From contig CBDAFS010000031.1 in assembly GCA_965195285.1 (NCBI GenBank), positions 83,912-147,911 of the forward strand: 64,000 nt of DNA, read 5' to 3'. A model generated the notes under the pieces. That model did no database searches, was not told the origin of the DNA, and was given only the letters and a program-made list of their open reading frames with translations. Position 1 is the stretch's first letter. Each line of letters opens with the position of its first letter. The DNA comes from an uncultured Aminicenantes bacterium. Its GTDB lineage: Bacteria; Acidobacteriota; Aminicenantia; UBA2199. Positions 56,062 through 64,000 of the stretch are shown piece by piece. The translations under genes and the position numbers were made by a program.

Positions 56062-58629
56062 ATGAGATCAAAATTTGCTGTTTTACTGATACTGTTAATG
56101 ATCGTTCCCGTATTGGCAGTCGATACCGCCAAAGAAGCGGAAAAGGAAAAAACCATAGAGAACTGGCTGATGCTGGGTCCCGGTCCGGTGACGGGGCTGG
56201 AACAGGCGGTTTATAAATCGAACCGGGATATTGCCAATCACCGGTTTCTTGATATCTCCGCACTCTGGCCCCGGGCCGGCCAGGAGGTGGTCTGGAGCCA
56301 TGGCCGGGTACTCCAATGGAATCCGGTTAACCAGTATAGCATTACCCCGACAGGCGATTCGCTCTATTATTTTGTCAGCTTTGTGGATGCCCATAAATTC
56401 CTGAAGGCCAGACTGGTGGTCAACGGAATCCATAAGGCCATGGTCAACCTGTACCTGAACGGCCAGGAGGTAAAGAAGCAATGTGACCAGAAAACCGGGA
56501 AGGTAACGGCAGACCTGACCCTGCTGAACAAAAAACATGTACTCCTGCTCAAGGTGTTTATCCCTCAAGGAGAAAACTTTATCCTGGATGTCCGGGTGTC
56601 TGATGCCCGTCAGGTGGAATCCGGAGAGCTTGCTTTTTCAAATTCCCGGACCAGGCGGGTTGATTTCAACCAGATTTTGAAGGTGAAAGGCGTATACTCC
56701 CTGAAGGTCTCTCCTGACGGCCGGTATGTGGCGGTTTCGCTGGGGCAGACCGGACCGGATGGCAGCACCGGCCGCTGGATCGAGATCCTCAAAATCGCTG
56801 ATGGCTCTAAAATCCTGACTACCGAAGGTCGGGGAAGTTTTTCCAATCTGACCTGGCTGAAAAACTCCAGGGGCTTTCTCTACAGTGTCGAGAGCAAAAA
56901 GAAAACCACCATCTATCAATACAACCTGCAGTCCGGGGAAAGAACAGCGGTCATCTCCGGAATCAAGGACCTTTCCAATTTTCGCCTGTCTCCGGACAAC
57001 TCTTTTATCATGTACTGGACCTATAAGAAAAAAGACACGGGGAGTGGGTACAAGTATATCGAAACCATACCCGACCGGGCCGCTTCCGGGCGCTATGACT
57101 ACGAACTGTGCCTCCGCTACCTGAGGGGGGGAGCCGCTCACAAGATTCGTTCCTTCACCGAAAACCTCTATTCGGTGATGATCAGCCCGGACAGCAGCAA
57201 GGTGCTCTTCTCCACCCTGGTCCCGGATCCCCGGAAAAGGCCCTATTACAAAAGTGTTTTCCATATATTGGATCTGAAAGACCATAGCATTAAAAAGCTA
57301 TTTGAAAGCAACCTGGTTTTTCCGGCCGCCTGGGCACCGGACTCCTCCCGGCTTTTGTTCACCGGAGGCCCGTCCTCATTCGGGGGGATCAGTAATACCC
57401 TTAAGGAGGGTGTGATTCCCAACGAATACGACACCCAGGTGTTTATTTACGATATCGCCACCCGCAAGGCCAGCACCATCACCCGGGATTTCACTCCCTC
57501 GGTGGAGGATGTGTTATGGAGCCAGTGGGACGGGAATATTTATCTGCGGGTCACGGATCGGTCCTTTATCAAATTGTACCGCTACCAGACCAAACGGAAT
57601 ACCTTTAGCGAGATCCGGATGCCGGTAGAGGCGATCCGGCGTTTTGATGTTTCTTCCAGAGGAGGGTTTGCAGCCTTCTGGGGTTCCGGGGCTGCCAATC
57701 CCCACAAGCTTTACCGGGTGGACCTGTCCCGGCTGCGAGTGTCACTGCTGAAGGACTACAATGCCCGGTATTTTCGCCATATCCGGTTCGGAAAGGTGAA
57801 AGACTGGGATTACCGGACCCCGGAGGGGAAATACATCATTGGCCGTATCCATTATCCCCTGGATTTTGATGCCAGTAAAAAATATCCCTGCATTGTCTAT
57901 TATTACGGCGGTACCTCGCCGGTGGAGAAAAGTTTCGGCGGCCGTTATCCCTTCAACTGGTATGCGGCCAACGGCTATGTGGTGTACGTGCTGCAGCCCA
58001 GTGGTGCCGTGGGTTTCGGCCAGGCCTTTTCAGCGTTGCATGTCAATGATTGGGGCAAGGTCACTTCCCGGGAGATCATCGGGGCTACCAGAGAGCTGAT
58101 CAAGGCCCATCCCTATATCGATCCCCAACGGCTGGGGGCCATGGGTGCCTCTTATGGTGGTTTCCTGACCCAGTATCTGGCCACCCGGACCGATATCTTC
58201 GCGGCCTTCATCTCCCATGCCGGTATCAGTTCCCTATCCAGTTACTGGGGAATTGGCGATTTTGGCTATACCTACAGCGGGGTAGCCACAGCCGGAAGCT
58301 TCCCCTGGAACCGCCGGGATATCTATGTGGACCAGAGTCCGCTGTTCCTGGCTGACAAAATCACCACCCCCCTGCTGCTGCTTCACGGCGAAAAGGATAA
58401 CAATGTGCCCCCGGGTGAGAGTTACCAGATGTTTGCCGCCCTGAAGCTGCTGGGCAAGGAGGTCGCCCTGGTAACCGTCAGCGATCAGGCCCACTGGATC
58501 ATGAAATATGAAAAGCGGCTCCACTGGATGAAGACCATCATGGCCTGGTTTGACAAATGGCTCAAGGGGGAAACCCTTTACTGGGATGACCTGTACGGAA
58601 AATACCAGACCAAAAAAGAGAAAAAATAA
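56062..58629 (+). CDS. S9-family serine peptidase (prolyl oligopeptidase/acylaminoacyl-peptidase type) with N-terminal beta-propeller
   Basis: Signal peptide; GGAGGT SD; nucleophile elbow GASYGGFLT; C-terminal catalytic Asp/His region (LLLLHGEKDNNVPP...DQAHWI). Confidence 0.9.
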   Translation: MRSKFAVLLILLMIVPVLAVDTAKEAEKEKTIENWLMLGPGPVTGLEQAVYKSNRDIANHRFLDISALWPRAGQEVVWSHGRVLQWNPVNQYSITPTGDSLYYFVSFVDAHKFLKARLVVNGIHKAMVNLYLNGQEVKKQCDQKTGKVTADLTLLNKKHVLLLKVFIPQGENFILDVRVSDARQVESGELAFSNSRTRRVDFNQILKVKGVYSLKVSPDGRYVAVSLGQTGPDGSTGRWIEILKIADGSKILTTEGRGSFSNLTWLKNSRGFLYSVESKKKTTIYQYNLQSGERTAVISGIKDLSNFRLSPDNSFIMYWTYKKKDTGSGYKYIETIPDRAASGRYDYELCLRYLRGGAAHKIRSFTENLYSVMISPDSSKVLFSTLVPDPRKRPYYKSVFHILDLKDHSIKKLFESNLVFPAAWAPDSSRLLFTGGPSSFGGISNTLKEGVIPNEYDTQVFIYDIATRKASTITRDFTPSVEDVLWSQWDGNIYLRVTDRSFIKLYRYQTKRNTFSEIRMPVEAIRRFDVSSRGGFAAFWGSGAANPHKLYRVDLSRLRVSLLKDYNARYFRHIRFGKVKDWDYRTPEGKYIIGRIHYPLDFDASKKYPCIVYYYGGTSPVEKSFGGRYPFNWYAANGYVVYVLQPSGAVGFGQAFSALHVNDWGKVTSREIIGATRELIKAHPYIDPQRLGAMGASYGGFLTQYLATRTDIFAAFISHAGISSLSSYWGIGDFGYTYSGVATAGSFPWNRRDIYVDQSPLFLADKITTPLLLLHGEKDNNVPPGESYQMFAALKLLGKEVALVTVSDQAHWIMKYEKRLHWMKTIMAWFDKWLKGETLYWDDLYGKYQTKKEKK

Positions 58630-58797
58630 AACACGTAAAAAGTAAAATCTAAATGGTAAGGTTTCTTGTCCTGAATATAGATTTATATTTAAATTGAAAG
58701 AAAGAGAAAATTATATTATTTATTTGTTAGGAATAATATCACAATGATATGGAGAGTTAGAACATTAAGATAAAAATCAAAAATAAATAACAAAAAA

Positions 58798-61700
58798 ATG
58801 AATGACTCAATAAAAATTTTTGTCATCATTTTGTTGATTTTATTTCTCAACTTATCTGCTCAACAACTACACATAAAAAATTATACAACCGATAATGGTC
58901 TCCCATCATCACAAGTATGGTGCAGTTTACAGGACAGTAAAGGTTATATCTGGTTTGGAACATCTAATGGCCTGGTAAAATATAACGGGAAGAGATTTTT
59001 CACATACAAGGTCTCGGACGGACTTGTCAGTAGTGTTGTGCTGGCATTATTGGAAGAAAATGGTAATATCTGGATTGCAACTGATAACGGGATAAGCTGT
59101 TATAATGGTAAAAGTTTTACCAATCATATATCAAATAATGATTTAAATTTTGGAATAGTTTGGTGTATCTCAAAATTTCAGGGTTGTTTGTGGTTCGGAA
59201 CAAAAAGACAGGGGTTGTTTAAATTTGACCCTGCCGGGGCTGAAGATAATGTTTTTTCAAATTATTCTGCAAAAGAAGGCTTATACCTTTCCAGTATTTT
59301 TTCCTTGGCTGCGGATGATAACCATTTGTGGATTGCCAATGCCCATACCGGATTATTCATGTATGATGGGAAAAATTTTTTAGATTATACAAAAAGTTTT
59401 AACCTGGAAAATAAAACATTAACAAACTTATTAATAGTTGACTCTACATTACTGGTAGGAACGGCAAAGAATGGCTTATTCGAATTGGATCTTAATAGAT
59501 TGCCTGATAGAATGGCTAAATCAAAAAAAGTTGCCAACTACTTTCCTACTGATTACATTTATTACTTGGCAGCAAAAAAGGAAAACCTGTTTTTGGGAAC
59601 TCGTGGTAGCGGTCTTATTCATTATAAAGACAGACCAATCAGGTATACAACGGCAAACGGTTTAATAAATAATTTCATTTATTCAATATTAATAGACAAG
59701 GAAAATTCCGTATGGATTACCACCAACAAAGGAATCAGCAAAATTATTTCTCATAAATTTATAAAATATGTAGATAATATGTCGGTATTATCTGCTTGTG
59801 AATTTAAGAGTGCAATCTGGCTGGGAACGTTTGAAAACGGTTTGATAAGAATAGAAGGTGATAAGATTACTACTTATAACCAAAATGGTTTCTTTAACCC
59901 CAGCCATATATGGGTGCTGGGTGTGTTCGATAACAAGCTGTGGATAGGGGGTATGAGTGGATTATATAGTTATGATGGTAATAAGTTTAAAAAATACAGA
60001 AGAAAAAATGGAATTGCTGAAGAAGGCGTATTAAGCCTCTTACCTACCGTGAAATCTTTGTGGGTTGGAACTGTAAATAAAGTATACAAATTCGAACCTC
60101 ATAAATTAAAAGATAAATTTTTAACTTATGGATCAGAAGACGGTCTAACCAACACCTATTTTCAGACTATCTGTCAGGATGGGAATAAAATATGGGTTGG
60201 TTCCCCTGGCGGTGCCTTCTGTCTTGACCTAAAAGAGGGGGGGGGATTTAAAAAGTTCTCAAAAAAAGATGGGCTGTCTTCTAATTGTATAAATGTGATT
60301 TTTAAGGACAACAAGGGAATATTATGGTTCGGAACTTCAAATGGGCTGAATAAATATGAACCAGACAAAGAAAAGAAATTTAGCGTTTACACTATTGAAA
60401 ATGGATTAAGTGACAATCATATAGTATCTATTATTCAAAAAGGTAAATATTTATGGCTCGGGACCAGTAATGGATTAAATAAATTTGATGGCGAAAATGT
60501 CATAAAAATATTTACCCAGAAGAGTGGCTTAATTGGTAATGAGTCATCATCACCAAACGCAATGTTTCTTGACAGCAATAATCATATCTGGATCGGTTCT
60601 CCAAAAGGGGTAACAAAATATATTCCTGAGAATGATATTCCCAATAAAGTGCCTCCACCGGTATATATTGAGAATTTTTTTATGAATAATTCACTGGTTG
60701 GTGATGAACAAGATCTTGAGTTTGAATATAAAAAAAACACAGTAAAATTTTCTTATATAGGTCTTTCCTTTCAAAATGAAGACGACGTGCGGTACAAATA
60801 CAAATTAGAAGGATACGATAAAGAGTGGTCGGAAGTAACTGAAAAAGATGAAGTTAGATATACCAATTTAAATAACGGGACTTACACTTTCATGGTATTT
60901 GCTCGAAACGGGGATGGTTTTTGGTCAAAAACTCCGGCAGAAATATCTTTTAAAATACTTCCCCCTTTCTGGAAATCCTGGTGGTTTGTAATTATTGTGG
61001 CACTCATGCTGGTTGGGATAGTATATGTTGTTTTTATATTGAAGACCACTCAAATGAGGAATAGGGCAAAAAAGTTAGAGCAAAAAATTGATGAAAGAAC
61101 AAAAGTGCTAAAGGACTCAGAAGAAAAATACAGAACATTAATTGAACATTCAAACGATATGATATGGACCCTGGACGAAAAGGGAAATTTCAGCTACTTT
61201 AACAAAAAGTCAGAAGAGATAACAGGCCACCAAATTGAAGAAGGGATCGGAGGGTCATTTGCTCCCATAATTCTTGAAGAAGATTTAGAAAAGGTTCAGA
61301 AGGTTTTTATTGGAGCAATGCAGGGAAAACCTCAACATTATGAAGTAAGAATTTATGACAGTAAAAAAAGAATATTATTTTTATCTGTAAATACCGCGCC
61401 CATTTTTAAAAACGGAAAGGTTATTGGAACTATTAGTTTTGGAAGAGACATAACGAAACAAAAGAAAATGGAGGAAGAACTTCTGAAAGCAAGCAAACTC
61501 GAATCACTCGGGATCCTTGCCGGGGGTATAGCTCACGATTTCAATAACACCCTTACTGCAGTTATTGGTAATTTATCACTGGCAAAATTACAAGTAGATT
61601 CAAAAGACAAACTCAATAATACGTTGATGAAAATCGAAAAATCCTCACAGCAGGCAAGGGATTTAACTCAGCAATTACTAACTTTTGCCAGAGGTGGTAC

Positions 61701-62613
61701 TCCGATTAAGAAAAAAATCTTTGTTAATGATTTGCTAAAAGATTCCGCTTCATTTGCCCTGCGAGGTTCCAATGTCAGATGTAAGTTTTTGATTTCTGAT
61801 GATACATGGCCTGTGGAAGTTGATGAAGGACAGATTAGTCAAGTTATAAATAACCTAACTATGAATGCTGACCAGGCCATGCCAGCAGGAGGAGTATTAA
61901 ATATATCTGCAGAGAATATAAGCATTGACATAGAAGAATCTCTTCCTATTAAAAAAGGAAACTATGTAAAAATAACCATCAAAGACATAGGCGCCGGTAT
62001 ACCGGATGACTGTATACAAAAAATATTTGATCCCTATTTCACAACAAAACAAGAGGGAAGCGGACTGGGGTTGACAATTACTTACTCAATTATTAAAAAG
62101 CATAACGGGTATATTACTGTAAAATCAAAACCGGGAGTTGGAACAACATTTTTTGTTTATCTTCCGGCTTCTGAAGAAAAAGAACCATCAAAAGAAAAAA
62201 AGAAAAAAATACCACTTCAAGTTGGAAAAGGGAAAGTCCTGGTAATGGATGATGAAGAGTCGGTTAGAGATATTGCCGGGGAAATGCTAAAACATATTGG
62301 CTATACGGTGGAGTTTGCAGAAGATGGAAAAGAAGCTTTAAAACTATTCATGAAGGCTAAAGACTCCGGAGCTCCATACGAGGTTATGATTTTAGATTTA
62401 ACGGTAGCCGGTGGGATGGGAGGCAAGGAAACGATTAAGGAACTAAAAAAGATTGATCCCAACGTAAAAGCAATAGTATCCAGCGGTTATTCGGATGATC
62501 CGGTTCTGTCAAATTTCAGAAAGTATGGTTTTTCAGAAGTAGTCTCAAAGCCATACACTATTCAAGAACTCAGCGCTGTATTGAATAAAGTTTATCAAAA
62601 AAAATCCATATGA
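58798..62613 (+). CDS. hybrid sensor histidine kinase with periplasmic double beta-propeller (Reg_prop + Y_Y_Y), PAS, HisKA, HATPase_c, REC (paralog of 33902-38038)
   Basis: Signal peptide; repeated IW.GT.NGL..YNG blades; TM WWFVIIVALMLVGIVYVVFIL; H-box [16 protein letters not shown]; G-boxes DIGAGIP and GSGLGL; REC Asp in MILDLTVAG. Confidence 0.85.
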   Translation: MNDSIKIFVIILLILFLNLSAQQLHIKNYTTDNGLPSSQVWCSLQDSKGYIWFGTSNGLVKYNGKRFFTYKVSDGLVSSVVLALLEENGNIWIATDNGISCYNGKSFTNHISNNDLNFGIVWCISKFQGCLWFGTKRQGLFKFDPAGAEDNVFSNYSAKEGLYLSSIFSLAADDNHLWIANAHTGLFMYDGKNFLDYTKSFNLENKTLTNLLIVDSTLLVGTAKNGLFELDLNRLPDRMAKSKKVANYFPTDYIYYLAAKKENLFLGTRGSGLIHYKDRPIRYTTANGLINNFIYSILIDKENSVWITTNKGISKIISHKFIKYVDNMSVLSACEFKSAIWLGTFENGLIRIEGDKITTYNQNGFFNPSHIWVLGVFDNKLWIGGMSGLYSYDGNKFKKYRRKNGIAEEGVLSLLPTVKSLWVGTVNKVYKFEPHKLKDKFLTYGSEDGLTNTYFQTICQDGNKIWVGSPGGAFCLDLKEGGGFKKFSKKDGLSSNCINVIFKDNKGILWFGTSNGLNKYEPDKEKKFSVYTIENGLSDNHIVSIIQKGKYLWLGTSNGLNKFDGENVIKIFTQKSGLIGNESSSPNAMFLDSNNHIWIGSPKGVTKYIPENDIPNKVPPPVYIENFFMNNSLVGDEQDLEFEYKKNTVKFSYIGLSFQNEDDVRYKYKLEGYDKEWSEVTEKDEVRYTNLNNGTYTFMVFARNGDGFWSKTPAEISFKILPPFWKSWWFVIIVALMLVGIVYVVFILKTTQMRNRAKKLEQKIDERTKVLKDSEEKYRTLIEHSNDMIWTLDEKGNFSYFNKKSEEITGHQIEEGIGGSFAPIILEEDLEKVQKVFIGAMQGKPQHYEVRIYDSKKRILFLSVNTAPIFKNGKVIGTISFGRDITKQKKMEEELLKASKLESLGILAGGIAHDFNNTLTAVIGNLSLAKLQVDSKDKLNNTLMKIEKSSQQARDLTQQLLTFARGGTPIKKKIFVNDLLKDSASFALRGSNVRCKFLISDDTWPVEVDEGQISQVINNLTMNADQAMPAGGVLNISAENISIDIEESLPIKKGNYVKITIKDIGAGIPDDCIQKIFDPYFTTKQEGSGLGLTITYSIIKKHNGYITVKSKPGVGTTFFVYLPASEEKEPSKEKKKKIPLQVGKGKVLVMDDEESVRDIAGEMLKHIGYTVEFAEDGKEALKLFMKAKDSGAPYEVMILDLTVAGGMGGKETIKELKKIDPNVKAIVSSGYSDDPVLSNFRKYGFSEVVSKPYTIQELSAVLNKVYQKKSI
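60237..60245 (+). repeat. G9 homopolymer inside hybrid HK coding sequence (potential slipped-strand site)
   Basis: aaaagaGGGGGGGGGattt encoding KEGGGF. It sits in a gene of about 33% GC where such a tract is unexpected. Confidence 0.6.
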
Positions 62614-64000
62614 AAAAACATAACTATTTTTTAATTCCTTTTCTTATTTTAAGTATTAATCTGTTCTCTCAGACCAATATCGATAGTCTGGAAAAAAGAT
62701 TATCCCGATTTACCGGGACGAATGAGGAAAAAGTTAATATTTTAAATAAATTGGCAAAAGAGTATCTGAGTACATCACCTGAAAAATCAATAGAATACGG
62801 ACAACAAGCCTTGACATTATCAAAACAATTAAATTTCCTTAAAGGACAAGCAAAATCTTTAGAAAACATTGGAATAGGGCATTCTTATCTGGGCAATTAC
62901 AATAAGGCTTTGGAATATCTTACCAAATCATTAACAATAAGTGAAAAAGCAGGATATATAAAAGGGGTTGCCGACACGGCAAAAAATATTGGAATTAATT
63001 ATCGAAAATTAAGCAATTATGATATGTCGTTAGAGTATTATTTAAAATCGTTAAAAAAATATGAACAAATTAAAGATAAAAATGGGGTTACCGATGTTTT
63101 AAACAACATAGGAATTGTATATGGAAAATTAAGTAATTTTGATAAGGCGTTAGAATATTTTCTTAAATCATTAAAAATGTATGAAGAAATGGGTAATAAA
63201 AAAGGTATTTCTTTTTCTTCAATTAATATTGGGAATGTCTATTATTTCTCAAAGAAGTATAACAAGGCATTGGATTATTTTCTAAAGTCCTTGAAGATTT
63301 TAAAAGAGCTCGGGAACAAATTCGGTATTGCCAGTTCTATGAGTAATATCGGAGAAATTTATCAACAATTAGGTGATTACGATAGGGCTTTGGAATATTA
63401 TTTGAAATCATTAAAAATAGTAAAGGAAATCGGAGATAAGAACATCATTGTCATTAACTTAATCGGTATTGGAAATCTTTACTTAGAAAAGAAAAAGTAT
63501 GACAAATCATTACAATATCTTGAGCAAGGGTTGACATTAGCAAATGAAATTGGAGCAAAAGATTTAATTCAGGAAATCTATAAGGTCTTTTCTGATTTGT
63601 ATTCGAGAAAATCCAATTACAAAAAGGCTTTAAAATATTATTTGCTTTATTCGGAAGTAAAAGACAGTATTTTTACCAAAGAAAGCAACAATAAAATTGC
63701 AGAAATGCAGACTAAATATGAGACGGAAAAGAAAGAAAAAGAAATCGAAATATTGCGCAAAGACAAAGAAATTCAAAATTTCGAGATAATTCGCCAGAAA
63801 AATGTTCGCAACTCATTTATTGCTATTTCGGGATTAATTTTGGTTTTAGTTTTAGTGATTTACAGTCGTTATCATACCAAAAAGAAAGCAAATAAAATGC
63901 TTTCAGAAAAAAATATTCAAATTACCAAGCAAAAAAATCAGCTATCTCAAACTTTAGCCGAATTACAAGAGACTCAGAAAATATTAGTTGATACTGCACA
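62610..64000 (+). CDS. TPR-repeat membrane sensor protein (3' end outside window)
   Basis: ATG overlaps the HK stop. Signal peptide; at least 8 TPR-like repeats (AL.YYLKSLKI... motifs); TM FIAISGLILVLVLVIY; coiled coil. Open to the window end, so it is absent from the ORF track. Confidence 0.7.
   Translation, partial: MKKHNYFLIPFLILSINLFSQTNIDSLEKRLSRFTGTNEEKVNILNKLAKEYLSTSPEKSIEYGQQALTLSKQLNFLKGQAKSLENIGIGHSYLGNYNKALEYLTKSLTISEKAGYIKGVADTAKNIGINYRKLSNYDMSLEYYLKSLKKYEQIKDKNGVTDVLNNIGIVYGKLSNFDKALEYFLKSLKMYEEMGNKKGISFSSINIGNVYYFSKKYNKALDYFLKSLKILKELGNKFGIASSMSNIGEIYQQLGDYDRALEYYLKSLKIVKEIGDKNIIVINLIGIGNLYLEKKKYDKSLQYLEQGLTLANEIGAKDLIQEIYKVFSDLYSRKSNYKKALKYYLLYSEVKDSIFTKESNNKIAEMQTKYETEKKEKEIEILRKDKEIQNFEIIRQKNVRNSFIAISGLILVLVLVIYSRYHTKKKANKMLSEKNIQITKQKNQLSQTLAELQETQKILVDTA

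Noticed and set aside
56638-57285. 215-codon antisense ORF inside the S9 peptidase gene, plus other long antisense or overlapping ORFs (3968-4501, 16941-17387, 40879-41328, 47693-48148, 51880-52344, 13069-13515, 12646-13059, 11886-12245, 1455-1922)
   Set aside because: Each lies entirely within a well-supported gene on the other strand or frame, has no SD, and shows low-complexity or Pro/Arg/Gly-biased composition typical of shadow ORFs. The S9 case is explained by the gene's high GC.
1-64000. Search for tRNA, rRNA, CRISPR repeats, IS inverted repeats or integrase/transposase genes
   Set aside because: No GTTCGAATC-type T-arm in any intergenic region and no repeat-spacer periodicity. The only AAA+ IstB-like gene (13084) has no IstA partner or terminal repeats. 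Nothing was found that would mark a mobile element.

Overview
This is a 64-kb chromosomal segment from an uncultured bacterium. The Lol system and Tat-signal proteins mark it as diderm. It uses E. coli-like sigma70 promoters (TTGACA-N17-TATAAT) and strong AGGAGG ribosome-binding sites, so it is not a classical Bacteroidetes. The many Reg_prop/Y_Y_Y hybrid kinases, TPR sensors and 6-bladed propeller lipoproteins give it an FCB-group flavour. I call about 55 protein-coding genes and find no rRNA, tRNA, CRISPR array or recognisable IS/transposon.

Housekeeping genes are lysS (5' truncated), lolC/E, a NamZ-like DUF1343 gene, a phosphoglucomutase/phosphomannomutase, a membrane SpoIIE/HAMP phosphatase, rnc, dnaJ, hspR, a group-3 sigma factor, a DnaC/IstB-like ATPase, MoxR, an ABC ATPase with ABC-2 permease, an OYE reductase, a Nox/CoADR-family oxidoreductase, a TldD/PmbA pair, a sirtuin, a class-I methyltransferase and an S9 peptidase.

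Accessory or unusual content:
- A candidate sigma54-controlled module at 15.2-18.4 kb: secreted helical protein, ABC-2-like membrane protein and a catalytically degenerate ABC nucleotide-binding domain. It is directly abutted by a convergent GAF-like kinase and an NtrC-type activator with an intact GAFTGA motif. Its upstream region carries an inverted repeat whose arms are exactly the HspR operator half-sites, and hspR lies 3 kb upstream.
- A protein-kinase-like domain fused to a polytopic membrane domain.
- An orphan FlbD-like gene sitting between rnc and dnaJ.
- Two paralogous double-propeller hybrid sensor kinases, about 1300-1400 aa each. One is co-operonic with a secreted 6-bladed propeller lipoprotein, which has a decayed paralog elsewhere. 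The other carries an in-frame G9 tract.
- A secreted protein made of 16-residue Gly-rich tandem repeats.
- A lysine-rich 34-codon small ORF behind a consensus promoter and SD.
- A perfect CRP-type palindrome upstream of the sirtuin.
- A Tat-signal TldD.
- Strong compositional mosaicism: an S9 peptidase at about 52-55% GC against AT-rich islands at 26.5-30.4 kb and 58.6-64 kb.
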